Source: the human T2T-CHM13v2.0 reference genome, Homo sapiens
Direction: 5' to 3' (one strand)
Length of the DNA: 64,000 nt
Assembly: GCF_009914755.1 (NCBI RefSeq)
Contig: NC_060932.1
Below, piece after piece: positions 40,575 to 56,699 of this stretch (the first letter of the stretch is position 1; every line of letters starts with the position of its first letter). The notes under the pieces were generated by a model. The model saw nothing but the letters and a program-made list of their open reading frames with translations, was not told the DNA's origin and made no database searches. The position numbers and the translations under genes are program-made.

Positions 40575-40659
40575 GTCCACTTAGAGCAATTATCTCACAT
40601 ATAGTAAATATTTAGAATATAGAATTCTTAAAATTATGTTATTTTTGTTAACACTCTAA

Positions 40660-41170
40660 TTGTAAATGATAGACATAAGGTGAATTATTCTAGCTTAAGC
40701 AAAAAGAAAACTTTTATACAAAAAAATGCAATGTTGTCTTTCAAATCAAGATTGAGAATGAGACTTGGTTTCAGGAAGTTTCTGAAAATTTAAAACTGAA
40801 AACGTATCAAGAGCCTAGAGTGAAGTCTCCTTCCACCTCTCACCATCTCCTCACAGCTTCTGTGGACTGGTTTTCTCTACCCTTCTGGGCTTGTAAAGGA
40901 GCAACACCTGCCACTCCACACCTCCCATGGTGCCATGTCTTCTGTGCAGAAGACCATTTCACACTTACTCACTTGCAAACCTAATTCAGAATCGCCAAGA
41001 GAGGAAGTGGGTTACTGCCCCTGGGTCAGAAGTCCATGCTTAGTCTAACCACCAATGGTTAAAGACGATAGCCTCCAGGGGCCCAGGCACCCGCTCTTAT
41101 AGGAGGGAAGCAATTTGAGACAAAGTGGGTAATTGTTATGCTGGATAATCACCCCATACAGTGTCTAGTA
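40660..41170 (-). mobile_element. Old MLT1 (K-like) LTR
   Basis: 'tgtaaatgatagac...ctagcttaagcaaaaagaaaac' start and 'gagaggaagtgggttactgcccctgggtcagaagtccatgc'. Confidence 0.45.
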
Positions 41171-41371
41171 TGTTTTTCATACTGCTGCCAACCCTGTTTC
41201 ACAGGGTGCCTATTTGAGTTGTAAATGTGAACCCCTGATACTGGTGAAAAGTTATATTATCTTGACCTGACTCCACCCATTTGGGGATCACCATTTTCCT
41301 TTCAAAGTGATCACAGGGGTCCTTGGGTACATAATCCTCCTTCCCTACCTCCTCTGCCATCCTCCTCTTCC

Positions 41372-41698
<327 letters not shown>

Positions 41699-42890
41699 TC
41701 CTCCTCTGCTGCTGCTGTGTGGCCGTCTGGATGGGATTTGCTACCCAGGCTTTTAAAACCCCACAAGTTCCCACAAGTGAAATTGTTCCAGAATGTGCTG
41801 GGAAGGCATTTCCAGCCAGTTCTACACCACTGTGGGGCCAGGTCCTAGTGGCTCCAAATCTGTCACTTGGGCTAGAGCTCCAGGGGGTCACATTGTCACC
41901 TCAAAGAATTCCCAGCTGAAGGGGTCTGGCCTTTTAGGCAACAAAAGCAGTAATCCCCTTTCCCCACCCCTACAGTTCATTTTATGCCTCAGTTTCCTCC
42001 ATATCAGTGCTACCTTTGGCTAATATTGATCCAGAGGTTCAGAGTGGCAAGGATGATATCCTATTCTCTCTTTATTGCCTCCTGTATTGAAGTGCAAAGG
42101 ATCACACTTAGCCAGAGACAATCTGTATCAATACAAAGTAAAATCCTAGTGGAGCATGCTGGCTGCATCTCTCCTTTTTGCCATCATTGAAAACTGCTGA
42201 CTGGCCATATGCAGGTGCATAGATCTTAATTAGGCTCTGCAGGATGAGAGGAAGGAGACATCCTGCTTGGAGAAGAATCAGTAGTGTCATAAATCTCTGC
42301 AGAACAATTAGGAGCCCAAGAACCAGAGGGCATGGGGAGGAGTCACATTGTATCATTTTTCTATTTATTTTCTGCTCAACCATCTTCCTTACAGCATCTT
42401 TGAGATGTTCAGTTATTGCTGACTACCTGGAACAGTTACACCCCTCAATTCTGTTTAATTGAATATTGAAAACATTTACAATAAAAGCTCTTCTAAACTT
42501 ATTCTATTTAGCTGACTTCCCTGATTAACCAATACAGCCCAATAGCCCTGTAAAACATTCTAGCATAAAGCTGTCAGTGGGTGAGTTTGCCTTAGCCAGT
42601 GGGATGCTTTACAGCTCTCCACAGGTCTGCCTCATGCTAAGAGTCCCTGTAGTTCTCTGAAAACTGTTTCAAAAGCCAAAGATATATTAGGGAAGAAAGA
42701 GATAATACTATTTCTATGAAAACTACAATAAAAAACTTTGCTCCTTTCAAAGGCTTTGAAAAAAAAAAGATAGATTGCCTTAAAAATCGCTGGACAATTA
42801 TGTGTGGACCTTATACCTGGAAAAAAAGCTTGAGGCAAGGTCATAAAAATCTAGAAGATATCTGCATTGAGAATGCAGTCAAATATCTTC

Positions 42891-43186
42891 TTTTTTTTTT
42901 TTCCTGAGACAGAGTCTCGCTCTGTCGCCCAGGCTGGAGTGCAATGGTGCCATCTCTGCTCACTGCAACCTCGCCTCCTAGGCTCAAGCAATTCTCCTGC
43001 CTCACCTTCCCGAGTAGCTGGGATTACAGGCGCCCACCACCATGCCCAGCTAATTTTTGTATTTTTAGTAGAGATGGGTTTCACCATGTTGGCCAGGCTG
43101 GTTTTGAACTCTTGACCTCACATGATGCAACTGCCTCGGCCTCCCAAAGTGCTGGGATTACAGGCATGAACCACTGTGCCCAGCTG
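42891..43186 (-). mobile_element. AluS
   Basis: Full dimer; TSD gtcaaatatctt (42878-42889) / gtcaaatgtctt (43187-43198). Confidence 0.95.
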
Positions 43187-43504
43187 GTCAAATGTCTTAA
43201 ACTCTCCCCACTCTAGTAGAGACATTTTATGGTTCTGGTTTACACTAGTTAAGGTAGAACTCTCGAAAATAAACCATTGTCAAAGAAGCACCCTTTGTCT
43301 ACCTCAGAGTTCCTAAATACATGTATGATTATATTCATATTTATGTAATTTAAAATAAAATTCTCAAGCTACATAGGTAATTTAAAGAAATATTCCCTAT
43401 TTTCTATTTTTCCTTTACCTAATGAACCCCTGGTTTCAATCACTTGTATCAGAGAGTTCTGGGCCATTTCCTTTATTTGTAGCATTAATCTGAGAGACTT
43501 CATG

Positions 43505-43705
43505 AAACAGCAGTTAAGAGCAGAAGCTCTGTGGTGTGAACAGGGCATGTTATTTGAATCCTCTAACTCTCAGTTGCTTCATCTCTAAAGTGGGTATAAT
43601 ACATGCCTCACAAAGGTGGTTGAGAGTTAGATAAAATAATTTCTGTAAAGTGCTTAGCACATTACCTAGCACACATTCAGCATTTAGTAAATGCCAGTAA
43701 CAATA
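43505..43705 (+). mobile_element. MIR
   Basis: 'gggcatgttatttgaatcctctaactctcagttgcttcatctctaaagtggg...tgtaaagtgcttagcacattacctagcacac'. Confidence 0.8.
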
Positions 43706-43734
43706 AAAATGATATTGATGAATTAATAAACAGT

Positions 43735-44830
43735 TACTAATTTCCTGGTACTGTTCCAGATGCTGAAGTCACACGATGAGTAAGCACAGTCCCCACCCCA
43801 CAAAACTCACAGTCCAGCAGGAAGAAGAGAGGCGACAGATCGTCTCAGTGGATGTATTCATTCAATACTATTTGTTGAGCTTCTAACCTGCATCAATAAA
43901 TTACTGTAAAAATTCCTATAATGATAAAAACATGTCCCTGCTATCATAAAGGCTAAAGTCTATTGGAGAAAAATAGTTACTAAATAAAATTCATACAGTG
44001 TGCAATTGATGAAATTTACTGTCCACTGGGGGAGGGCGTGTGCCAGGATGGGATTCCCTGAGGAGTACATCTGGAGCTGAGAATTGGAGTTTGCTGGAGT
44101 GTTCACTGAATGAGGGGTGGGAGGAGAGCCAGCATTCATACTGAAAGAGAAACCCACTGGCAGGAGGACACAGGGTGAGCGTTTTGACAGAGATCCTGTG
44201 GGTGACATGGGGAAGGGAAGGAATACATTTATCTGTGTTTGGGAAAGTGGAATGACTCAGGAAGGCTTCACAGATTATGTGCCTGGATTATGAAGAACAA
44301 TATGTTTTCTCAACAGGCAAGGTAAGAAGAGCTGTCCAAGAAAGGTAAGCTGTGTCTACAAATGTTGGAGTCAAGGTTGGTGAGACAACTGGGGAGGGAT
44401 AGCTAGGACCTGGCCAGCAAAGCCCAGGGCACTCAATGGAGAGGAGGAAATTAACTGGAAAGGTAATGCCATAATCTGGGGAACAGGAAATGAGGTCCTG
44501 GCCTGGGGCATGTCCAGAGAAGAAGAGGCAGGGCCATTGCGCTTCCTCTGGGTTTCATAGGGATGCAGCAATGGACGGGGTCATTGGCCTGCAACAGCCT
44601 GGCCCTTGGATGGGACCATACAAGGCTGACTGCAAGGGAAACATGAACACATTTCCCGGTGAGTAGAGAAGTAAATCAAATTATTTCTATGAACAGGAAT
44701 TGCTAGAGGCTTCATGGAACAAGTGGGATGTAAGATGCATCTTCAAGAGTGAGTGACATTTTGGCATGGCATTTGAGAGGTGACAATCCAGAGGCTATGA
44801 GCAACAGCCCCAGATGGGAAAGCACCAAGG
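43735..44830 (-). mobile_element. L2 fragments
   Basis: 'attcattcaatactatttgttgagc', 'ggattccctgaggagtacatctggagctgagaattgga' and 'caggaaggcttcacag'. Confidence 0.6.
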
Positions 44831-45149
44831 AGTGAAGAAGCTTACGAGCAAAAAGTATTTCTTAGTTTTGCAGTTTCTAAATGTATCTATGTTCTGCCCC
44901 TTTAATCTCTAACAATATGATTTTGAACTAATTAATATAAAATTAATCCATACATTAGCTAAAGTAGATAATGACTTAATGACTTCCACATCCCAGGCAA
45001 TAAACTTTTGAAAATGCTTCTAGCCCGCCACATAAAAATCTGGCAAAATCAGTGAAAGAGAATTTCAAGGACTGTTTTTCTTTTAATTTATATCTCAAAG
45101 TAATGGTGTACCAGGGAAAATGTCCAGATTCTAGTTCTGCACTACTTCA

Positions 45150-45352
45150 GATCAGAGATTTGCAGTAGGGAGATTTGGCTCCCCAGGGGGCATCTGGCAA
45201 TGTCTGGAGACATTTCGGGTTGTCACAACTGGTGGGGGGTGCTACAGGCATTAAGTGGGCATAGGCTGGGGATGCGGCTGCATAGAACAGCTCCCACAAC
45301 AGAATTATTCAGCCAAAGAATTATCAATAGTGCCAAGGTTAATGCACCTTGT
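45150..45352 (+). mobile_element. MER20 (hAT-Charlie non-autonomous DNA transposon)
   Basis: 'ccccagggggcatctggcaatgtctggagacatttcgggttgtcacaactgg...ccacaacagaattattcagcc...caatagtgccaaggtt'. Confidence 0.88.
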
Positions 45353-46940
45353 TTTACACCAAGAAATAACCTTTAAGACTGACCTTCTCAAATCCTTAAT
45401 TTTGCAGATGTTATGTGTAACTTCCAATATATGAAATAATTTGCATGCAGCTGGCTAATTAACAGTATATGGCCTGGGACTCAGGCTTTATAGACCAGTG
45501 ATTTTCTTTCCTGATGCATTAGATGTCCTGTATGTTTTATATCGAATGGCCAGCATATTTTAATGCTGTCAGCTCTTAATTCCAACACAGAGAGGAGTTA
45601 CTATATAGATGCCAATTGCATAGGGAGGAATATAGTTTTGAGATCGGGCTTCTGATGATCCAGGAAGGGAAGGGAAGTAGGGGTTGCCCCATCTCTGGGG
45701 TCTACAGCAACATCACTGGAGCCCCAGATGGGGCTGACCAGGAGCATCAGTGTGTGAAGACCAGTCCATGATGCTGACACTCTTTAATTATGAAAGGATG
45801 AATAATCTAGTTCTGCGTTCTTTCAGGAGACAAGGGACTTGTCCAAAGCATGAACACTTTATAAACAATTTAACAAATGTAAACTGTGAAAGAGAAAGAC
45901 AAATGTGTGAATATGAAAACTAGGGTCCCTGACAGACCCACAGCCTCCAAACCCCTCCCTTCACTTCAGAATGAAAGAATCCTTCTGTGCCTGCAGGGGA
46001 GTGGGCCGTGGTGGGAGGAGGCTGGACCTGGGGTTGCGAGTCTGTGAAGGGCCCTAGACCCTGGCCTGAGTAATGCCACTTACTGACCATTTCAATTTGG
46101 GCAAGACATTTTCATTCTCAGGGCCTTGAACTCCCCACCTAAGAAATGATGAAACCTGAGTCAGAGCTTCAGTATTTGAGTTTATCTTTGAGATCAGGTT
46201 TAAGATGCCTCATTTTCCAGGTGAAGAAATTAAAGTTTGGAAAAGTCAAGTTATCTCTTGCAGGCCACAAAACTAGCAAGAGAACAAAGGGGGCAATTGA
46301 TCAGATTTTATGCAATATCAATGCTTGGGAGAAGAGGCTTGAGGCTTCAGGAGCATTAGGGGCTGCAATGGCTTTGGTCCCATGATCAGTAGCATTCATT
46401 TGCCCATCCTCTCTGAAGTTCACTAAAGGGACCCTGTGTATCCCTCATCTGGCTTCCTCATGCCTGGACCCCCAGATGGGCATCATTTTTAAACCCATGA
46501 GGCCTCAGGATGGTGGCTCCTTCTCTCATCAGCTACTCCTTCAACACTGGAAGGGAGCTCATTCCAGACACAATCATAGAAAAAATCACTCCAGCTAGGA
46601 AAAGCCAGATGGACACCAAGAAAAGGCTAATGTTTCACCATGGCTGAACCACCTCACCTCACAGGGTGTCTTGTTTAGGGAAATGAGATTTTCAAACAAA
46701 GAATCAGGAGCAGGTAAAAGCCACAAAGAATCAGATGAGAGATACACTCATTAGCAAACTTCCACACTGTCCAATTAACCGATCCTTCTGAGGCTTACCT
46801 GATGCTAAGTGCTCTTGGATAATAGATTGGTAAAAAGAAAAGTCACTTGTGCCCTAGAATTGGTTTTTGTGCTCCCAAGATGAGACAAGACTAATAAAAA
46901 TGGTCTGCACCACCGGAATCAGCAAATATTAGAAAGATCA

Positions 46941-48701
<1,761 letters not shown>

Positions 48702-49579
48702 TCTCTAAAGTCATTGAAATGCCCTGCTTCTGTGGTAAATTAGGGCTGAATCCTTCGAAATCCTTAAGCCTGAGGCTGGCAGGCTGTTCAATCACATTAT
48801 GTGCTGCTTTGGAAATATCCCTACAGTTTGGTAGGCAAGAGGCCATACACAGTGAGGCCTGTTGGGAGAAAACATAACAAAAATGTGTTGTCAGGTTGGT
48901 TTTAATTGGTGATCTGAGATACAAACTCTCACTGGGTAAGGTGAATTTGAGCTTTAAGCTTTATCTCCTGTTCACGTTTTGCTCTTTGCAATTTGATGTA
49001 CAATATGAACAATTCAAATCATTTCCTGGGAGTAACTGGCAAACACTTGGCCTCAGAGAAGCAGCATGACCCTTCGTTGCCTGTGCAGTGAGAGGGGTGG
49101 CCTGCATGACCTTGGAACTCCAACTTAGCTTCCAGTGTTTTATAATTAATCAGAGGAATATATAAATTCTGATTTAGTCAATACTGATTTAGGAACTATA
49201 AAACTGCACCACTTTAAAAGTCTGTACAGGCATGCCTTCTGCAAAAGTCTGAACCATATTTAGTTTTTCTTGATTAAAAAATATCTTGCTTAATTTTGCT
49301 GATTTTCTTTCAAAGAAAGCATGAAAAAATATAATTGTCTCATTCATTTTTTTCAGCTATTTTATTCAACAAAGATCTACAGAGCATCTGAAAAGCAGCA
49401 CAGTTCTGCCACAATGCGGCTCAAGTTTAAGTGACTGCAAAGTCCAGGATTCTTAAAGCTTAAATATTAACACACAGTTCCAGACTTGCAATGCCCCAGA
49501 GGCACAGGATAAACATGCCCTCAAATCTTCTCTGGCAGGGGACACCCTCAATCCACTTTATTCAGGATTCACAAAGGTG

Positions 49580-50000
49580 GAATCAGAGTGAATGAGCTCA
49601 AAATTAAAAATTAAAGCACAAACAAAAATATAAGCCATTGACAGTGAGATTAGCAGAAATACAAAGCAAACAAACAAGATATTTAAACTCCTTAGACCAT
49701 AAGATAATATCACCATTAGAGATTTAAAAATAAATATATTTTTAAAATTTTAAAGTATGAAAGACACTAAAAAGTGAGATACAATCGAGAGCTTATCATG
49801 AAAGGCCAGATATTTTTGTAAAAGAACCAAATAGAACTCCCAGAAGTGAAAAATGTAGTTATTGCAATTAAAGTCACAATGGACAAACTAGACAGCCCAA
49901 ATGTACACAAAAGGAGAAATAATTGGGAAACTGGAAGGTAGAACTGCATGCATTTACCCAGAATGCAACACAGAAACTTAACATGGGGAAAATGGACACT
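49580..50000 (+). mobile_element. Old L1M ORF1-region fragment
   Basis: 'aaaagaaccaaatagaactcccagaagtgaaaaatgtagttattgcaattaaag...ccagaatgcaacacaga'. Confidence 0.6.
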
Positions 50001-50077
50001 AAAATGAGCAATCCATTATTTTAAAAAATCAAAAAAAAAAAAGAAAATAACAAACAAATGAACAAACAAACAAACAA

Positions 50078-50685
50078 AAACAGGTGCTGGCAAGATTGTG
50101 GAGAAAAGAAAACACTTATACACTGCTGGTGGGAATGTAAACTAGTTTAGCCACTGTGGAAAGCAGTGTAAAGATTTCTTTAAAAAGTTAGAACTCTCAT
50201 TTGACCGAGCAATCCCACTACTGGAAATATATCCAAAGGAAAATAAATTGTTCTACCAAAAAGACACATGTAGTTGTATGTTCACTGCAGCACTATTTAC
50301 AATAGCAAATATATCAGAATCAAAAAAGATGTTCATCAATGCTGGATAAAGAAAATGTCTTTTACAGCAACATGGATGCAGCTGGAGGCCATTATCCTAA
50401 GTGAACTAACGCAGAACAGAAAACCAAATACTGCATGTTCTCACTTATATATGGGTGCCAAACTTTGAATACACATGGACACAAAGATGGGAAAAACAGA
50501 CACTAGGGACTGCTTGAGGCAGGGGGGTGGAGGAGGTGTGCATTGGAAGATTACCTATCCAGTACTATGCTCATTATCTGGGTGATGAGATCATTCATAC
50601 ACCAAGCCTCAGCAGCACACAATTTACTCATGTAACAAACCTGCACATGTATCCCCAGAACCTAAAATAAAAGAAGAAAAAAAAA
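50078..50685 (+). mobile_element. L1PB-like 3' fragment
   Basis: 'caggtgctggcaagattgtggagaaaagaaaacacttatacactgctggtgggaatgtaaactagt'...'caatttactcatgtaacaaacctgcacatgtatcccc...taaaataaaag'. Confidence 0.88.
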
Positions 50686-50724
50686 CACCCAGGTATATGC
50701 TGCCTACAAGAGACTCAATTCACA

Positions 50725-50725
<1 letters not shown>

Positions 50726-50772
<47 letters not shown>

Positions 50773-50773
50773 A
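50726..50773. repeat. (TAAA)n tetranucleotide repeat
   Basis: About 12 units, seen directly. Confidence 0.95.
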
Positions 50774-52452
50774 ATGAGCAATCTAATTTACATCCAGCAG
50801 GAGTCCCAGAAAGGGCAGGGTAAGAGAGATTTGAGAGACAGTCTTCAAATGACTGTGGATTTCCCAAGCTGATGAAAGACATGGATGCCATGTTTAGGAG
50901 GACATCAAATCTTAAGCAAGGATTGTTCAGTTGATGTAAGATAGAATGGATGTGTTTTATAGGACATAGATAGAGCCTTAGACCAAGCAGAGAACATACA
51001 TTCTTCACCAGCACACTTGGCACAAAAAATGCCTGTTGGCCCACTATTGAATAGGCCAAATAATCAGTAGCATGCAGACCATTGTTTTTTATCTCAGTAC
51101 AATAAAGTTAGAAAGCAGTAACTATAATTGAATGATTAAAATTGTGAAGATGTTAGTATCATTAATATTTTTACATTAAACTTCTCACTGATAGTACACA
51201 GGCATCTAGTACATAGGATGCATTGCTGTCACTCAGGCTCATCAAACCTGGCTTTGATATTTGGTTATTGAGGGAATGGGGCTTGAAATGGTTTGCTTCT
51301 TCCTTCCCAAGTAATTTCCTCTCATTGCTGTATTGGTTAAGAAACTGTTTATATAGGAGTCTAATTAAATATACTTGAATGTATATAACAGTCCCCTTCC
51401 TTCTTGCTGTGTTGCCTTAGGTGAGTCAATTAAATTCTCTGTACTAAGTTTTCTCATTTGTATAATGGAGGTAATAGTACCTACCTCTTAGCATCATTAA
51501 AAATGTAAATTTACTAATAGGTGTAAAATACTAAGAACAGTCTTTATCACCTAATTTTAAAAATATGACTATCAATTTTTAGTTTTAAAGTTACACTGAT
51601 GGATTTATCCTACCCTGCAGTCAGAGATTTGGGTGAGAATGACCTACAGTATCTGGAGAAGGGGAGAAGCATGGTGGGGGTCCTGGGGGGGACCAAGGTT
51701 CAGAGGGTGCATATTCTCTGAGCTAAGCCATTGGAAAATCTAGGACTTTACAAAGGCATGCAGAGGCCCTTCCCAGCAAAACTCCATGTTAGGATGCAGG
51801 ATAGACACTGGGATAAGATGAAATCCCCTCTAATTTTCTCCTTCACTGAGTCCTTTTGTAGAAACAGGCTCTGCAAACACTTTGTAAGGTTCCTCTAGAA
51901 ATGGCTTCAGCAACTTATAAGTCACAGAATGTAGAAATGTGACCATGTGTCCAGGTGAATTGATTAAACAGTTCAGTCCCCAAAACAGCAAAGGTTGAAA
52001 GGAAATGTAGAAAAAGGTAAAGGGAAGAGGTACATTCATAAAGTTGTTGTGGAAGAAAGTCAGTGACGGGGAACAACAAGAAGGAAAATTGTGTTCCCCA
52101 TGATTTGTTCAATTTGAATCTTATGGTAAGCTGAAATAATCAGACACATATTTATTAGTCAATTTCAAAAATAAAATAAAATAAAACAATACCTGCGTAT
52201 AAAGTGAAACATTAAAGACACAGTGGTCACCACAACAAAAAATTCTCCAAATTGTTAGTTTTATTATCTGTAAAATAGAATATAAAAATTTACTCAGCTG
52301 GATTGTTTTGAAGAATACATAAGATAATAAGTGAAATGTGTTTGGAATAGATAAATCCTCAGTCAGTCTATGTGTTGCCTTTTTAATAAAAATAGTATGA
52401 TCATACTGTTTGTATAAATTTAGATGATGCTTTTTTCTTTTACAACTCATGT

Positions 52453-52514
52453 CCTACTTCTGTTTTAAAAAATACCTACCTAAAAATACCTACTTCTGTT
52501 TTAAAAAATACCTA
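52453..52514. repeat. Local direct duplication: 26-bp unit, period 36
   Basis: cctacttctgttttaaaaaataccta at 52453-52478 and 52489-52514. Confidence 0.95.
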
Positions 52515-53514
52515 ATAAACTCTTTTAAACTCTGTCCAATTTTTACTTGTCCTCTGTACTTTTCTCAGCTTCCTGTCCTTTTGGCTTTAATAGGACAATA
52601 CTTCCTTGGAAGGAAATGATTCTCATTTCTGTCATAATGTGCTGCTTGTTCTCAGGCCTGGAGGAGCTCTGTCTGAGAAGTTAACTTAGCCAGCCAGGCA
52701 GCCAGGTGTCTGCCCCAAAGACCCTTCTTCATCTTCATGAAAGACTGACTTCATGCATGTCCTATTCACCACAGTGCCTCTCCCTGCTATTGGGGCGTCC
52801 CTTGCTTTGAATAGAGGGCACAGACATAAATGATCCACAAGTCACTGGTGTCATGTCCTAATGAAGAGAATAATAACAGACGATTGAGTGTGTTCTCATG
52901 CAATGATGTACATGTTTATCATCACATTCAATTTCCAAAAGGCTCTGTGAGAGAGACAGAGGAAACAGTATTATCCACCCTTTAAAAAAAGAATAATAAC
53001 AAAAAGATTTTTAAAAGCCAGATCTGAAACTCAGAGAAGGAACATAACGTGCCAGAAATCCCACAGTTTCCGCCTTAGCTCTGGTGTCCTGACCCTAGTC
53101 TAGCTCTCTTTTTACCCAAATCAGAGAGCTATTTTGCTGAGGGAAACTAGGAAAAAATCAAGTAGGCCAAAGGTTTGAATTTTCATATGAGGATGTTAGG
53201 CCTAATGAACTTTCCCAAAGTTGCAATTAGCATTTATACAGAGCTCCGTGTTCGATTCTACCTTTCCATTTAAAACTCATCAACCCCTCTAAGAGCTGAG
53301 TGCTGATGAATCCACTGTGAAGATGGCAAGAGTAGGAGGGACCTCAGAGCAAATCCAGCACCAATCCCTAGGCAGAAAGCTGCACTAGGATCCAGGTGCT
53401 GCCTCCTGCAAACCGTGAGCCCCTGGAAAACTCCTGTAAAAGACTCTCAGAAAGATTTATTTTCCTAAATCTCAGTTTCTCTCATTTGCAGAATGGGATT
53501 TATAAATATAACTA

Positions 53515-53907
<393 letters not shown>

Positions 53908-56699
53908 CTAAATGGAGTATTTAATATGTTTGAAAAATGCTTACACACAGTCTTGTATAAATAATGCCAAATAATCCCAGTTAATCTGTGTTTAACCCAG
54001 AAATGTTGTCCTTTATTTTACCACAGAACACTCTGCCCAAAGACACTATTATTCACATCCACTAAAAAAATGATTTGGTGGATCACATTTTGTGGAACGT
54101 TCTTGCAAAGCCTTAAACTAAAGCTATATTAGTTTTCTCCTTTCTCGACGGGAGGCCAGGGGCCACACTCAATGCTGAGATCCCAACTGTCCCAGCCTCC
54201 CTGCCGCCCTTCCATTCTGTGGGCGGCGTTGGGGTGAAGAGGCGGCCACTCTGCTGTCTTGCCTTAGGGACTTGCCATATCTTCTCTGGGTTCTGACAGG
54301 TATAAATTGTCAATCATAAGTCATGTTAGGCAAATGGCATAATAACTTGATGAACTTTCAGCAGCTCCCATCACCTTTGCTGACAGAGAACAGAGGCAGC
54401 ATTGAAAGCAGGGAGACTGGAGCTGGAGAATTTACCCAAAGTGTAGTCACTAATGAACGATGCCACCTACATGCTCACCTGGTTAAAGGCATGGGTGTTC
54501 TGAGCTCCAGGACCTCTGGAGAAGCCTTCAATATGTTGCCTTCCTGGGGGGTCCCAAGAAGATGGCCAGAGTTCCCTGATGCCCATCACTGATTTGAATT
54601 GCTCAATTCATTTAGGAAGAAGGTGCTATGCAGGGGAAGAAGCAGTGAGGTGTCACAAAGGGAGCCTGAATTTAGGAGTCAGGGCAAAATGCCCCAGACA
54701 CAGTACTTTCTATTCTAATTCATCCTCTGCTTCTTCTCAGCACTAACTGCAACTTCCGATTGTTTTAGGTTTTTACCTATTGACTTCTTTTGTCTTGTTG
54801 GCCATTGGAATGACCATGTTTGTTTTGCTCACAGCTGTATCCCATCACTCTATTGGATATTATACATTGTATTAATATATGTATATTACATAGTCATTTG
54901 ACAGTCTACTGCCTCCCCTGTCCCCATCACATGTAAGTTCCATGAGAGCAAGGGCTTCCTCTGTTTGGCTCACCACTTATATTTCCAATCTAGCACAGAG
55001 ATTGACACACAGTAAGACTTAATAACCCATTTTTTAAAGAATGGATAAATTATGAATAAATGAAGTATAAAGTATAATGCCGATAAATTCACACATGCAG
55101 GAAAAGATGGTTCAAACCATCAACGGCCAATACTGATTGGGCATCCTATTTCTAGAATGGCATTAGGATTTGGGTTTGTGATTCTAACCACCACCCCCCT
55201 TCACCCTTCGCCCCCCACTCCCCACCCCACATACACAATTACAGTTTTGTTGGAAGAAGAAAAAGGAGAAATAGGGAGGTGTCTTCTAATCCAAGGGAAA
55301 CCACGCACAGTTCATTCAATAAGCATTTATCTAATAGCATTATGGATGCAGAAGTAAGTAAGCCATGTGGGCTTTTGGTCCAGCAAAGGATATGAATGTT
55401 TCTCCATTAATTACAAGGCTCAAGAAGAAAATGATTTGGATTGTGGTACTAGTGGGTGAGGGTCATGCCATACTACAGCTCAGTGTGTATCTTAGGATGC
55501 CTAACTTAAATGGTACCAACAACTCCAGCACCCATCCAGAGTGCGACTGTTACTTGGCATCCTGGTTGGGACCTAGGTGCCTGCTATTCCTTCAGGAAGG
55601 AAACCTAAGTGACTCCATGTGATACATTGTGAGGGAGCAGAGAAGAGTCAGGGAGACATGAAGAGAGAATACGTAGAGGCCAGAAACACCTAACCAAGGA
55701 ATGACAAAGCAAAGCAAATTCCACAAAGGAGAGGGGAGAAGGAGGCTGCCTCCAGAGCCAGTTGCCATGTGTGGCATTGTTGATTAATGAATCGAGCTTT
55801 AAATTTTCTGGCAAGAAAGAGACAAGAAATGTGATGTTTACAGTTTCATTGTGAGCTTTCTTTTTTGAGTAAAAAAAAAAAAATCTTGTGAGTTTGGAAT
55901 TTTAAAGTGTGGCAAGTAATTTGCTTGAAATTCAACTCCACATGTCGAGAGTCTGATTAAATCTGTAGCTTTGACCATGACCGCAAAATCCAGCTTTTTA
56001 TTGTGCCTTCTGCTAATTAGAACTGGAGATTTTGCATTTTATTGCTTTAATCCTGTGGTTGTTCTAGAAACCTGGATTATCACATTGCAGGGGAGGTGAT
56101 TTAAGGCAAATATGTCGGGTCCTTGTTCTGCTTCATTTAAAGATAAGTGATGATATTTTTATATTTTTAAAAAAGGAAAGACAGACAAACCCTTTTTTTT
56201 TTACCTCCTCTGGCATCTGTTTCTCAGTAGGGCAGAGGAAACTTTCAGCATAGACCACCCTTTTGAGAACATAGTGGTAAGGGTTAATCCATCCCACAGT
56301 CTCTGCTGGGGCTGACAATCTTTGCCAAGACTTAGCTAGGACCCAGCAAGTCACCTAAATGGACAGGCTCTGAAGTGATACTGCCTTCACAGCTCAGAGT
56401 GACAAGAAATGGGATTTGCAGTTTCCATTAGGGAGGGATAATGCTCTAGGTGACAGTCCTTCCATTCTTGTCTTTTTCCAAATAATGGGTCTTTCTGGAA
56501 GATGTTGGTAGACCCCTCAACACCCAAGAATTACTCAGTCAACTGGGGACAGAATGAACAGATTGATCTGCAAAGAGTGTGGGCTATCTGCAGACTGTGG
56601 CATAACCCAGAGAGAGTGAGCAGTTCCCCAGGCAGGGTGGGGAAGAAAGGACTGATGGAGGGGATCAGTCATCAAACAGATGCTTAATGGAATTGAATA

